51,720 nucleotides of DNA from Octopus bimaculoides (GCF_001194135.2 NC_068999.1:37247536-37299255), one strand, 5' to 3'; positions 33,430 through 45,359 are shown, numbered from the stretch's first letter. Numbers and translations are program-made. The notes: generated by a model from the letters alone, not told the origin.

Positions 33430-34845
33430 CACAAGGTTTAGAAAATATAAGGGTAGCTAAAGACATTTCATGTTATAAATTCATAAAAGAGCTTCAAGTG
33501 AGGTGGGGGTAGGAATGCAGGGAGATTAATTAGGAAATAATTGTTTGCAATCAAGAATTAGATGGTTCCATTCACTAAGGCAATAGCTGCATTACATGAC
33601 AAGTAAGACTTCTGTGATGCAGAGTTCACATTTGTTGTTATAATCATTATACTGTTTGGCTTGAGTAACGATTGGCCATTTTACATTGTCTAAAACTGAG
33701 TTTTATTTTTTTAGGTTATGAATGGGCCAAGGAAAAGATGAGCTGTTCGTTTTCACTTGAGATCTAAAGCTAGAATAGTAGTTACCAACTCTGATCTTAA
33801 AGGTGGTGCTGCACGAGCACATACATACTTGCAGTCTTCTGTGGATAACGTATTTTTATATACAGCTGTTTTTGTGAGGCATATACTAAGGGACAGGAGG
33901 TGGGGCGTCTAAAGCTGCATATGATTCTAGAAGTTTCTAAAGTGGAGATTTATGAGTACCTGTAATTAACCTGGTGTTATATGCATTATCTGCCACAGCT
34001 TTAGGATTGGTATTTTTTGGGGTGGCGAGGGAGCAGTCCAGGAGGATGTAGCTTATAGTAGCTCTAGTGTCTCATGATATCATTCCTATAATTTCCTATT
34101 TTGGTGGTGGGTATAGCAAATCGTTAGGTTGGTTAAGGGTATTAGGTGGAATATTAGGATTAGGGCTGGTGAAGGTCAGTACTGGTAAGGATTATGGGTG
34201 GTGGGGCTGGGGATTAGATTGTGTTGTATTAGTATGAGTAAAGTTAACTAATCGTTGGTTACTTAGTTTCTTATTGTTAAGTCATCATATTATACTGGCA
34301 ATGTTAGTTGTGATGGAGTAGGAAAATTTAATCCATTGGAGGCTGAATATCTTCCTAAAAGTACTGGACCAAGGGTAATGTTTTTGAAGCAGAACAAAGA
34401 AAAGCTTAGGTGGCCTTAACACTAAAGGCAAAGGTGGGGTGGCTCATCAGTGGCTCATTAAGATAGTGCTTTTTTTGGCTAACAAGTTGTTCTGACTCTT
34501 ATTTCTAGCAATGCTGATGCTGATTAGTGCCCTTGTTCACTTTACTGACATATATATTTCTGCCTTTAGGTTGTAAAATTGTGAATTAGCCACCCATTTA
34601 TAATTTTCATTTTTACCATTTTTGAAATCAATGTATGATCTCAATGGAAACCTTATAAGCTGACAAGGTAAGATGTGTTTAACCCTAGGTGTGGTGAGAG
34701 TCACTGATGAGCATTAAGTTGCATTAAGCATCAATGATTTGGCTGAATCTGCTACCATAGGGAACTTATCTCCCTTGTCAGTTCATCAAAGTAGTGCTTT
34801 TGTTGGTTATTGAGTTGTTTTGACTTTTTGCTCAATTTAGTGACA
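33430..34845 (-). mobile_element. Decayed Penelope-like retroelement (Naiad-type), thumb + linker + GIY-YIG endonuclease
   Basis: Minus-strand motifs: PTFAFSVKA, KLFFVLLQKHYP..RKIF..IKFSYS..NIASII, CSFRRPTSCP..CLTKTAVYK (33855-33919), SCSTTFKIRVGNYYSSFR, KWPIVTQAKQY..KCELCITE..LILDCKQ. End points approximate. Confidence 0.78.
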
Positions 34846-34880
34846 TATACATACATACATGGAGAAGTGGATGTTAAAGT

Positions 34881-34912
<32 letters not shown>

Positions 34913-37900
34913 GAAAAATGGTAAAGGCCAGTCTTAGCCATTTAGTCTTAGCCAGTCAGCACTTGATCTTAGCATACTGATCTAGCTATTGAATTGAATA
35001 AGTAATTAATCTATTGATCTTTATTTGATCAAAAACGAAAATCAACTCCAGCTGGATTTGAAATCAGAACACTTGAGTATCCAGCTTGATGTTTTACTAC
35101 CTTGGCCTATATATTTTGCCTTAACAGTAGTTGCTTAAATAGTGTTTGTGCAGTGAAAAAGAAAATCTTTCAGCAAAATAAATAAATAAATAAAATAAAA
35201 TGCAAGAAAATGAGAAGAAACAATTAAACACTTTATAGAAGCATGTATTGGTAAATTCTTTAAATAGAATGTGATATAGACAAATATAGTTTTCATCTCA
35301 GCAATAACCCTGTCAGAGAGAAATTCCAACATAGAATATGATACTTGAAGAGATACTCTATGGAAGATGAAGAATATAGCATTATTGATTAAGAGCAAAA
35401 AATATACTTTTAGGATGTTTGGCTCTTAAAGAATTTATATTTTGAGGATTTGGTGACTGGTGGGGAGGATTTAGTTTTAGTATCAAGATGTCTAAGCTTA
35501 TGAAATATTTTTTTTTCTGTATGAAGACTCCAACCTTTTCTGAAATAGAACCTTCAAATCTTAACTCTCTTTTATATTCTATCTTTTATGTGGATGGTTT
35601 TTATCTTTCTACTCTTACTCAGAAATTTTGAGCTTCATCCAATTTGTGTTCCATTTGAAATAGCTATTTATTCTTTGTACTTCAATTCTCTTCTACAAGA
35701 CAAAATATTGAAATAACATGTGACTAAATTCCTTCACAACTTATAAGAAACTAGGAGAGCATTTATGATAAAAACAGCAGCCAAATTCCTTCAAATCACA
35801 ACCTTAAAAGCAACCAAGAATGGATACACAGGATAAAGTTGTTCTGAATGAACTCTGTAAATAAATTGGGATGGTCATGGTGAGAATGTTACTATAATAG
35901 GTTTGCTCCATCACGTTTGTGGTCCAAAGTTTAAACAACAATGAGAACAATTTAGTTCTCAATGGCTGAGATCACCTAGCTGTGAAGTGCTGTAATTCAT
36001 CACTAGCTATAAATAGATACAGTGAGGTGGTAAAATTCTCTGGCACCACTGTGAAATTAACAAGTATTTCATTAGTTTGTAGTCCTGTGTTCAATTTGTT
36101 TTATGAGAGAAGACTTAGCCTCTTGTCTGTGAAATATAAGAGGTATTTTTGCTGTCTTTGAAAAACGATTAGGTCACCATTAGGTGATGGTATTTCTAGA
36201 TACATTTCTAATAGGGGCCGAAAGCGGATGATGTCTTTAGCCACTGGATCCTAGAAAGGAGCTGTTGAGATAGAGAACCACGAAGCATGGTTGGAATTCC
36301 TCACCCCCCCCCCCTGCAAGTTGCAAATAATCTGTTTGATACCTTTCGATCAGCCTTGCCTTATCTTCATCTGATATATGCACGCCCCTTGCGTGTGACT
36401 GTATGATTACAAGTCGGTATAAAAGAAAGGGATATAAAATGCAACTGATACTGACCGGTTATGAATGTTGCAATGAAAAAGATTTTCATGGACAGAAGAA
36501 CCATATAGTTTATGTTATCCTTGTAGCTATAAAAACAATAAAATTTGCATCACAAAACACGTCGTCTAAATTTGTCATTTTTAACATTCTCTTCTTAGAC
36601 TGTGAGTAAAAACACACATGTAAAATTAGTGCTAAATTGAATAAACTTATTACAAACTTGAATGCTCATGTGTGAATTTGAATGTTTGAAAAGACACTTT
36701 CCTTGCATTCTGACCCATTTGAATGCTCTCGATGGGCATTTCTATTCAAATGGTGTAAATGCTAAATTCTTTGAATGAAGTGCAAAGTTGAATGATAAGA
36801 AAATGAATTCGAATGACTAGCTTTATGGCACTAAATTTTTTTGGCGATTTTACCTGATTATGAAATTGAATTACAAACGTACAAAAATGATTGCAAAAAC
36901 CTATATTATAGATATAGTTGTTTGGTGAGGACTGAGTATAGAGTGGCAATGATTTTGAGGTTTAGAGCATGCTTTAGAAGCAAACTATGTCCCTGACATA
37001 TCAATGAGGTTTTCAATTTTAGTTTGTTTTGACATTGTTTTGTGATGATACTTGGTACCTTGTTTTGGGTGATTTATAGATTATTGGTGGAGAGACAGGG
37101 AACCAGTCAGAACTGGCAAAATCCATAATGAATCACTTATACACCATATTTTCTTTTCACTGGTTGAATGTGTTACTTATGAGTTCTCTAAACATGTTGC
37201 CTGTCTTATTTTCTTTATTATGTTTTCTATGTGTTAACGTTATAGAGGTGTTTTATCTCATTTTCAATAAATTTTGAAATAATGATAACCACCATAACAA
37301 CTGTGCCCCACCACCCATCCATCCACAACCCACCACTGTCACTGCCACCACCACCACTACTTGAAAATATATAAATGAATTTTCTACCTTCTTAAAGCAT
37401 TGATTTTGCTTGAGCAGTCACAAGGCTAGTTATTTTGTAAAGGAAGTCACATAATTACTGAAATTAACTTTGGTATATTAGTGGTGATGATGTTTATCAA
37501 GCCTTGAGAAAATGAATGGCAAAAGTCGAATGATTAACAGGATTTGAACTCAACTCAGAATATAGAGTAATGAAACAACTGAAATACTACTGGATGCCAT
37601 TTGGTCTATGGTTCTATCGTTTCTTCCTGTTTCCAAAGATATTAGGTTGAATATATGGATTCTGAAGAAACACATAACAATATTTTCCAATAGTTTTCTC
37701 CAATTATTAGCTTTTATAAATCAAAAGGGTATAATTTTAGATACTTCTTCAATAACAAAACATCTAATATTTATAGTTTGATTTCTCCATAGATAACAAG
37801 GTAATCATAATAGTTCTATAAAAAGAAACAAAAACAATGAAGTCACCCTACCTCTCACTAACACCACAAAAAAAAAAAAAGAGAGAAAAAAAAGAAAAAC

Positions 37901-38204
37901 AAGCTACAAGTAAAAAATTATTTCTTCTTACACTATTCAAATATTCTTGAATAGCAATTGTTCAGGATTATAAAATGAAGAATTCCATTTATAGGTTAAA
38001 AATAAATATTAAAAAAAAAGAATGTAAACTATAAAAATTCAATAAAAACAAACATGCTAAATATTCTAAATAACAAAACCATCTTTTGAAAAGAAATTCA
38101 ATTATGTGCTTTTGGTACGATGATATATTTCTCTATTTCTCCTTTCTTTCTCTATTTTTGAACCAACAAAATTGGGGTATTCAATGTTATTTTAATCACT
38201 AGTG

Positions 38205-38330
38205 AAGAAGAAAAAGAAGAAGAAGAAGAAGAAGAAGAAGAAGAAGAAGAAAATGATGATGATGAAGAAGAAGAAAATGATGAAGAAGAAGAAAAAGAAG
38301 AAAATGATGATGATGATGATGATGATGACA
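38205..38330. repeat. (GAA)n/(GAT)n compound microsatellite
   Basis: Direct inspection. Confidence 0.95.
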
Positions 38331-38581
38331 ATATTTTTCTTGATGATTCTGAATGACTGATTCACAATAGTTTGGATTATGGATGTTAAAAACAGAATAG
38401 GATTTTTAAAAAAAACATTTTTTGAAAAAAAATTTTCAATCTATCCTACGAAACAAGCAAAAGATTTTTATTTGAAATATTTTGAATCCATATTTCATTG
38501 ATGTTTAAAAATTCTAAACTTCAATGAAAATTAAATACTAGAATGTTAGAAGTGGGTGGGGTAGAGAGAAGCATATCTTAC

Positions 38582-38705
38582 CAAACAATTTGTTTGAAGG
38601 ATTCGGTGAAGCCTTCCATAAAGTTGGATTTGAACTCTTCGAAATATTGTTGCCATTGAAGTTGTTTGTCTTTTTTCGTTTCAACATCTGCCTTGACAGT
38701 CAGAA
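38582..38705 (-). CDS. Candidate internal coding exon of an unidentified host gene (xLTVKADVETKKDKQLQWQQYFEEFKSNFMEGFTESFKQIV[W/C])
   Basis: Pyrimidine-rich acceptor ctatattctttaacag, donor TG/GTAAGA, 124 nt, exactly one open frame (phase 1 to 2), unique non-repetitive sequence between low-complexity flanks. No homology recognised. Confidence 0.4.
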
Positions 38706-38738
38706 CTGTTAAAGAATATAGATTAAGATGGAAAGAAT

Positions 38739-38739
<1 letters not shown>

Positions 38740-38772
<33 letters not shown>

Positions 38773-39240
38773 GTGAGGGGGAGAGAGGAAGTGAGGGAGG
38801 GGCAGAGAAAAAGTAGAAAGAAAAAGAGCAAAAATGAAGTAGAAGAGGAAAAAGATAGGAGGAAAGAACAGAAATGATGAAAGAAGAAGAAGAAGAAGAA
38901 GAAGAAGAAGAAGAAGAAATGGGAAGGGAGAAGTGTAGGAGAAAAAGGTGATGACAAAAGAAAGTAAAATAAGAAAGAAAGGAAAAATGGAAGATGACAA
39001 AATGAATAAGAAGAAAATAAAAACAGAAGAAAGCAATAAAAGAGGCCAGAAATAGGAAAATATGAGAGAAATAACTGTAATGACGAAGAGATATGAAGAG
39101 ACGAGAGAAAAGAAGTAAAGTAAAAAAAAAATTAATAAAATTGAGAGAAGAAAAGCTTCCACAAAAAAAAAAAGATGAAATAAAAAATTGAAAATAATCA
39201 TCAATGAAATAAGATGAAAAAAAAAAAAAGCTTTCAGTCA
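38740..39240. repeat. Purine-rich low complexity with (GA)n and (GAA)n
   Basis: Direct inspection; explains the F/L/S-rich part of ORF 38578-39204. Confidence 0.9.
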
Positions 39241-39344
39241 GAAAAGTATTCTGAAATTAAAAAAAAAATGAAATTAAAAACATATAAACATGAAAATGAT
39301 GAGATCAACATTTTAATATTCCAAGAAAGGTACAAAGGGAAGAG

Positions 39345-39525
39345 TTTCGAGAAAGGAGGAGAGGTTTAGTCAATTAAATTGACCCAAGTAATCGACTGGT
39401 ATTTTATTTTTATCAATTTTGGAAAGATGAAAGCCAGTGTTGATCTCAGTTGACATTTGAACTCAGAATGTAAAGAGTTGGAACAAATACAATGAAGCAT
39501 TTTATTCAAAGCTCCAATGATTCAG
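39345..39525 (-). mobile_element. Degenerate OK-like SINE
   Basis: ctggtattttattttatc...gatgaaag...atttgaactcagaa is reverse-complementary to the SINE body and B box at 28021-28250. Similar weaker remnants at ~35030-35125 (-), ~37500-37620 (-), ~43680-43775 (-) and ~47258-47400 (+). Confidence 0.55.
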
Positions 39526-39529
39526 TGAA

Positions 39530-39935
39530 ATTGTATTTTTCTTTGCATTGCCACAAGGACAATAGATGAACAGATGTTGCATGGACTGGTTACAAAACAC
39601 AGTCGGAATATGTGTATGTGCAGGTCTACATTAAATGTGGGTGACGGAGAGAAAAAAATGGTGGAGAATAGATAAACTGGAATACACAAGATATAGAAAG
39701 AGTCCTTAGAGATAAGGAGTTTCACACAAAGCTAATAATATCCAGTATTATCCAAACTGCCATGGGTAAATAGCCCTTCCCAGCAGTTTTACAGATACCT
39801 GCTAACAGTTGGGCCATTTGTTTCAGTTATGCTTACCAGATTCACCCATCTTTCAACAAATTCACTAAAGGGCAGCCCCTCTCTGTTCAATTTCCTCTTC
39901 TCTCTAAGTGGAGCATGAAAAACATGTTAATGAGG
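39530..39935 (-). mobile_element. L1/Tx1-clade LINE 3' end (degenerate)
   Basis: Minus-strand FFMLHL/RKLNREGLPFSEFVERWVNLVSITETNGPTVSRYL* parallels the C-terminus at 21000-21166, followed by a similar 3' UTR. Confidence 0.65.
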
Positions 39936-40033
39936 ACAAGCTTGTAATTGAGGAAGAAATGTGTGTACTGAGCCCAAAAAGATAGCCATGTACTTATATT
40001 GATTTTTATAAATACAAATATATGTGCGTGTGT

Positions 40034-40137
40034 GAGAGTGAGTGAGTGAGTGAGTGAGTGAGTGAGTGAGTGAGTGAGTGAGTGAGTGAGTGAGTGAGTG
40101 AGTGAGTGAGTGAGTGAGTGAGTGAGTGAGTGAGTGT

Positions 40138-40174
<37 letters not shown>
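40034..40174. repeat. (GAGT)n (~100 bp) followed by (GT)n
   Basis: Direct inspection. Confidence 0.97.
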
Positions 40175-40177
<3 letters not shown>

Positions 40178-40831
40178 CTTAAATTTTGCATTATTTTCAA
40201 AGATTTTTTGCACTTTGCATTAATGCAGGCCTGGAAGTAATTTATTTATTATTGAATATAATAATATAAATTAATTACATATTATAAAAGTTACAAAAGA
40301 ATTTTTCATGAAATTAGAATTTTCTTGTTAAATAAAATTTCATCAAAATATTTCTCTGTCTTTTGTGGCTTTATACATACATACATACATAATACATACA
40401 TGCATACATAAAGATATATATATATATATACACACATTCTTTTATATATATTGAATGCCTCCCTTCTTTTATTCCCTCTAGTCCTTCTCTTCCTTTCTTT
40501 CCTTCTCTTCACTTTAGTCTTTCTTTTCCAAATCATAACTTCTCTCTCCCTTTCCTCTTTATCTCTCTTCCTCTTACCTTATATTTATTCTTATCACCTC
40601 TCTTCATACCCTCTCCCCATGCATGAACCATTCCTTTAGTGTTCTGCTTGGTCATAACCAGAAATCACTGATGAATGTAGCATTATTTACTTAGGTCGTC
40701 CAATTTTTCTCAACCAATTGATGGACCAATTGATTAAAACTACCAATAACAAACTTATAATGACTACTGGAAACAACTGTAAGTCAAATTTATTACACTA
40801 AAGGAAAATAATGACCATTATTTATGCCTTG

Positions 40832-40881
<50 letters not shown>

Positions 40882-40949
40882 TTATGTATGTATATATAAA
40901 TAGTTTTTGTGTGTGGAAGGTGTACAGGTACAATTAACACTACAAATAT

Positions 40950-42066
40950 ACAGAAAATAGACTCCATCCAATGCCAGTGGGGTAAGCTAGAGGTAGTTGA
41001 TATCTTTCGTAATTAGTAGGCGACCAAATCAGTAGTGGAGGTGGATGCTCCAAGAGCATAACTGTGAGAATAAGAATAGGCTGGGCAAAGTTCAGAAAGC
41101 TCCTATCTTTGTTGGTAACAAAGAGCTGCCCTCTCAGAATGAAAGGGAGACTGTATAATGCTTATGTGAACAGCTATGCTACATGGCAGTGAAACGGGCA
41201 GTGAGCATTGACCACATGCATAAGCTGGAAAGAAATGAAGCTCGTATGCTTTGCTGGATGTTCAATGTCAGTGCGCATACACGACATAGAAAAGTTGGGC
41301 ATAAGAGGCATCAGATGTCGTATGCAAAAAGGATGGCTGCATTGGTATGGTCATGTGATACATATGGATGAGAACAGCTGTGTGAAGAAGCACCAATCTC
41401 TGAGTGTGGAGGGAACCTGTAGAAGAGGTAGATCCACAAAGACATGGGATGAGGTGGTGAAGCATGATCTTTGAATGTTGGGCCTCACAGAGGTGATGAC
41501 TAGTGACAGAGACCTTCGGAGATACGCTGCACTTGAGAAGACTCATTAGGTCAAGTGAAATCATAGCTGTAGCCATGCTGGTGCCATGTAATTGGCACCT
41601 GTGAAATTACAATCACGGTTATTGCCAGTGCCATGTAAATGGCACCTATGAAATTGGAGTTGGGCCATCGTTGGGGGGGGCCTTGTCAATGGCACCCATG
41701 AATCATAGTCATAGTTGTAGTTGTTGCTGGTGCCATGTAAATGGCACCCATGAATTTTAGTCGTGGTTACTGCTGGTGCCATATAAATGGCACCCATGCA
41801 TCATAGTTGGGAGTCATTGCTTGTGTCATGTAAATGGCACCTGTGAATTGTAGTCATGGTCGTTGTCGGTTTCATGTAAATGGTACCTGTGTCAGTGGTA
41901 TGTAAAAGCACTCATTACACTTCTGGAGTGGTTGGCATTAGGAACGGCCTCCAACTGTAGAAACCATGCCTATCAGACTGGAACCTGATGCAGCTCTCCA
42001 GCACATCAGCTCCAGTCTAACCCATACCAGCATGGATAGTGGACGTTAAATGATGATGATGATGAT
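40950..42066 (+). mobile_element. RTE-type LINE 3' portion: RT C-terminus, hairpin-repeat 3' UTR, (GAT)n tail
   Basis: RIRIGWAKFRKLL..LVTK..KGRLY..AMLHGSE..ERNEARML.WM..EKLGIRGIR..WYGHV..GTCRRGR..KTWDEVVKHDL; tail gttaaatgatgatgat. Confidence 0.88.
41580..41887 (+). repeat. Seven ~47-bp tandem units, each carrying a palindromic ggtgcca-N6-tggcacc core, within the RTE 3' UTR
   Basis: Cores start at 41580, 41627, 41677, 41729, 41775, 41822 and 41868. Confidence 0.9.
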
Positions 42067-42067
42067 A

Positions 42068-42622
42068 TATGCACCAAGTGTCAGTTCTGGACACACAAAA
42101 GGTGCAGCAACAACAAAAGAAGGTTATCAGAGAACCTAACTTTTGTATGTGGAAGGTGCACAAGCATAATAAATGCTGAACATGTGCAAAAAATAGACTC
42201 CAATAACTGACAGGGGGTGGGGAGCAAGCTAGAAGTAGTAGATAGCTTCCAGTGTCTAGGCAACTAGGTTAGTAGTAGAGGTGGTTGTTCTGAGGGTGTG
42301 GCTGTGAGGATAAGATTAGGCTGGGCAAAGTTCAGAGAGCTCCTACCCTTACTGGCAACAAAGAGCCTCTCTCTCAGAGTGAAAGACAGATTGTTTGATG
42401 CCTATGTGCAAACAGCTATGCTGCATGGCAGCAAAACATGAGCTGTGATAGCCGTGGACATGCGTAGGCTTGAAAGAAATGAAGCCAAGATGCTTCACTG
42501 GATGTGCAATGTCAGAATGCATGTTCGGCAGAGTGCAAGTATCTTGAGAGAGAAAAGTTAGGCATCCGATGAATCAGATGTGGTGTGTGCAAGAGAGACG
42601 ACTGCGATGGTAGGGTCATGTT
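42068..42622 (+). mobile_element. RTE (RTE-X-like) LINE internal fragment with Cys-rich insert and RT C-terminal region
   Basis: CTKCQFWTHKRCS...FVCGRC, then RIRLGWAKFRELLPLLATK..RVKDRL..AMLHGSKT..ERNEAKMLHWMCNV. Confidence 0.8.
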
Positions 42623-43410
42623 GAAACTGTTCTTTCTTGAAAAAAGAACTTGATACATTGGACAATACAAAGAAACTGAAAACTGGATTGGTGAGCATGG
42701 ATGGAACGCTTTAGACTATGAATCAAACCTTGACTAAGGCTATCCAACAACAACAAGTATAAAAAAAAGTGCATAAGTGAGGCAAACTGTATTCATTTGT
42801 GTGTGTGTATATGCATGTGTATGTGTGTTTGTATGTGTGTGGGGTTGTAGGTGTGGGTGTCTGTGAAATTTACAATATGTTGAATTTTTACTCTCTTGTG
42901 TGAAATAACTAGCTGTTCTTCAGAGACTCATCTAATTAAGCAAATGCTTTATTTAATGATTTATTTTGTAAACAAAAGATAATCCAAGGATTATCAACAA
43001 CAATAAACTTCTGATTCAAATGAAATTTTGTTTGCTAATAATTTCTGTTCAAAGTCAACTTGTTATCCATTAAAGAAGTATTTTAAGAAGATTTAGTAAT
43101 ATTATTCCTTTTAATTTTGTTTTTGCTTATCTTTCATTTGTTTTTGTAAATTGCTTAATTTTGATATTTATTTCCAAAAATATTGAGAACATTTTTGTTT
43201 TTAAATACAACCCAATGAAATATTTATTAATCCTACTCTGATTAACTGCTGCTTATAACAATTAGGTCAGCTCTGATTCAACAGACCTACGATCAAACAC
43301 ATTCCATTTGTGACCATCTCTTCTTATCAGTTTTTTAAATGCTGTATTTCTAGAACTGCAAAAATAAATATATTTTCTATTTTTAAGTATATGAAGCAGA
43401 ACTGGTCACA

Positions 43411-43508
43411 GAACTGGTCTTTCTCAATAACACAACACACAGTCTGGTCTGGGAATTGAACTCACTACCTCAGGATTATGAGCCTGATGCTCTAACCACT
43501 GAGCCAGG
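43411..43508 (-). mobile_element. tRNA-Met(CAT)-like SINE head with start of CORE-like segment
   Basis: Minus strand tggctcagtggttagagcatcaggctcataatcctgaggtagtgagttcaattccc resembles the D arm, anticodon arm (CAT) and T arm of tRNA-Met. There is no acceptor-stem 3' half; it continues into tgtgttgtgttattgagaag. Confidence 0.7.
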
Positions 43509-43864
43509 TACCAGAAAAAAATCTTGTACATATTCCTGACCCTAAGTCAACAGAAGTAATTCAAAATGAAGTGTTGTACTCAGAGACACAAACACCTATA
43601 CGCACACATGTGCACACACGCACACATGTGCACACACACACACACACACATACATACATACGCACACATTGAGCATTTATACTCTTACCGGTCTCAGTAC
43701 ATAGTTTATCAACTGGTACTACTTTTATCAAGCATAGAAGGCAAAATGGAGTTGGGTAGGATTTGAAGTCAGTCTGTAAATGGATGGTACTATAGAGCAG
43801 AATTATCTTTTGCCCCACTCCAGCCTGGTATTGTCATTAGATTTGAAAGGCAACGAGGGCACAT

Positions 43865-44050
43865 TTACATGATTGTTTTAAACTGCTTGAAATAATTACA
43901 AAAATCTGTCTCGAATAATACCATGACCATCCTTTAAAATATTAACATAAGAATACATTAAATAATGTTGTCCTCGATACATTATGAATGAAAAAATGCT
44001 TATAGTAGGAACACTTTTGATCATAAGCATGACCAAATGTGAGATCTAAA
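43865..44050 (-). repeat. Unclassified interspersed repeat (related segments at ~25725-25800 +, ~35800-35940 +, ~43245-43325 -)
   Basis: Shared gatggtcatgg/ccatgaccatc and tttgatcata..g motifs; alignment by eye only. Confidence 0.4.
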
Positions 44051-44749
44051 TAACATTATTGAATTTGGAATCATAACTGGTATCTAATACCTTATTACCC
44101 ACCATAACTGATACATGGGTATCTGATATCCTGTTACCCATCATTTCACCCTTTTATCATTCTGATTCTACAGTAACAACAAGACTTCCTTCAACCAACA
44201 TCCTACCATCTTTAATGAATGTCTATATGTCAACATGAACCAATAGCTGAGACTTCTAAGTATTAAACTAGACATTATAGCAGCCAGTTCTCCCTCAAAT
44301 CACAGTCTCATGTCTCATATTACTTTGAACAATACCCTTGCATTGCAAGGTATTACTGCAAATGAGAAATAGTCTTTTCGAAACAGATTCATTCAATGGA
44401 TTGTTTTGATATATATTTTCTTTTTTGTTAATTAATCCATGTTGTTAAAAAATCAAACACTAATAACTACGACTATTACATACCAGCCTTTCCAATTCTC
44501 ACCCAGCGCTCACACATGTATATTGTTCTTTGTTAACATATGCTGATAAATAAATAAGCAGTGTTACATTCCTGTCTCCAAACACCTCTTTTCTTCTTTC
44601 TTCATGACACATTCTCATCTTGAAATTAATTACCTCAATGCAACTTACAATCTTACTTGCTCTGCATTCTACCTTGAACATCTGCATGCATGTGCATATA
44701 TGTATCAGATTATATCTGCTTATGTGCATATTCGTGCGAGTTCAGAAGG

Positions 44750-44758
44750 ATACCCAAA

Positions 44759-44797
<39 letters not shown>

Positions 44798-44882
44798 ATG
44801 TATGCATGTATGTATGTATGGGTGTGTGTATGTGTGTCTATGTCTACTTGTGTGTGTGTGTGCAAGTATGTATATATGAATG
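44750..44882. repeat. (GT)n/(GTAT)n microsatellite
   Basis: Direct inspection. Confidence 0.95.
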
Positions 44883-44891
44883 TATAGAGTA

Positions 44892-45198
44892 CCAGATGCA
44901 TTTGAGGACGTATTAGGTTATTCTATTTTTTTAAAAATTCTAATCTAATAAAAATCAAATGTATTTTCATAAAAATTTGTGCAGACGTTCTTGCTAAGCT
45001 CTCTCATAAGATTATTCTGTGAATCTACCTTCAGCGTTGCTGAGTGCTTAAGCATAGGACTAGAGTCATTGATAAGCCTGCACTAAATGGTCTTTATTCA
45101 TTTTGCACATCACCACGACAATGGTGGCCTTCAATAATGCTGTGTTATTGTGAGGATTTTCAGCTCCAGAAGTCCATAAGGTTTAAATTAAGAAGCTG
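44892..45198 (-). mobile_element. Degenerate maT/DD37D-like transposon 3' fragment
   Basis: Minus-strand LNLMDFWS..ENPHNNTALLKATI..MNKDHLVQA..AEGRFTE*, parallel to the C-terminus at 24230-24480. Confidence 0.55.
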
Positions 45199-45250
45199 CA
45201 GACAGAAATATATTGTGAACTCTATATAGAGGTGTGATATACATTTGCAT

Positions 45251-45286
<36 letters not shown>

Positions 45287-45359
45287 TTATATATCATACA
45301 TATATATATCCTTATATATATCATCATCATCAAATATATATATATCATACATATATATA

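Noticed and set aside
22952-34845. Single Penelope-like element split and inverted into two complementary halves
   Set aside because: The fragments appear to overlap in the RT-end/thumb region and are not similar there at nucleotide level; independent old insertions are more likely.
36711-36748. Small hairpin ccatttgaat...attcaaatgg
   Set aside because: A 10-bp AT-rich stem is expected by chance in a window of this size and composition.
38578-39204. 208-aa hydrophobic ORF as a membrane protein
   Set aside because: The F/L/S-rich part is the reverse complement of GA-rich low complexity; only 38582-38705 is retained as a candidate exon.
40693-40777. Plus-strand exon (ttacttag/G...ACT/GTAAGT)
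   Set aside because: Splice-like dinucleotides are frequent in AT-rich DNA; no supporting neighbouring exons or homology.
41580-41887. True CRISPR array
   Set aside because: Eukaryotic context, no cas genes, spacers homologous to each other, and located inside a LINE 3' UTR.
43411-43508. Functional tRNA-Met gene
   Set aside because: No 3' acceptor-stem strand; continues into CORE-like SINE sequence.
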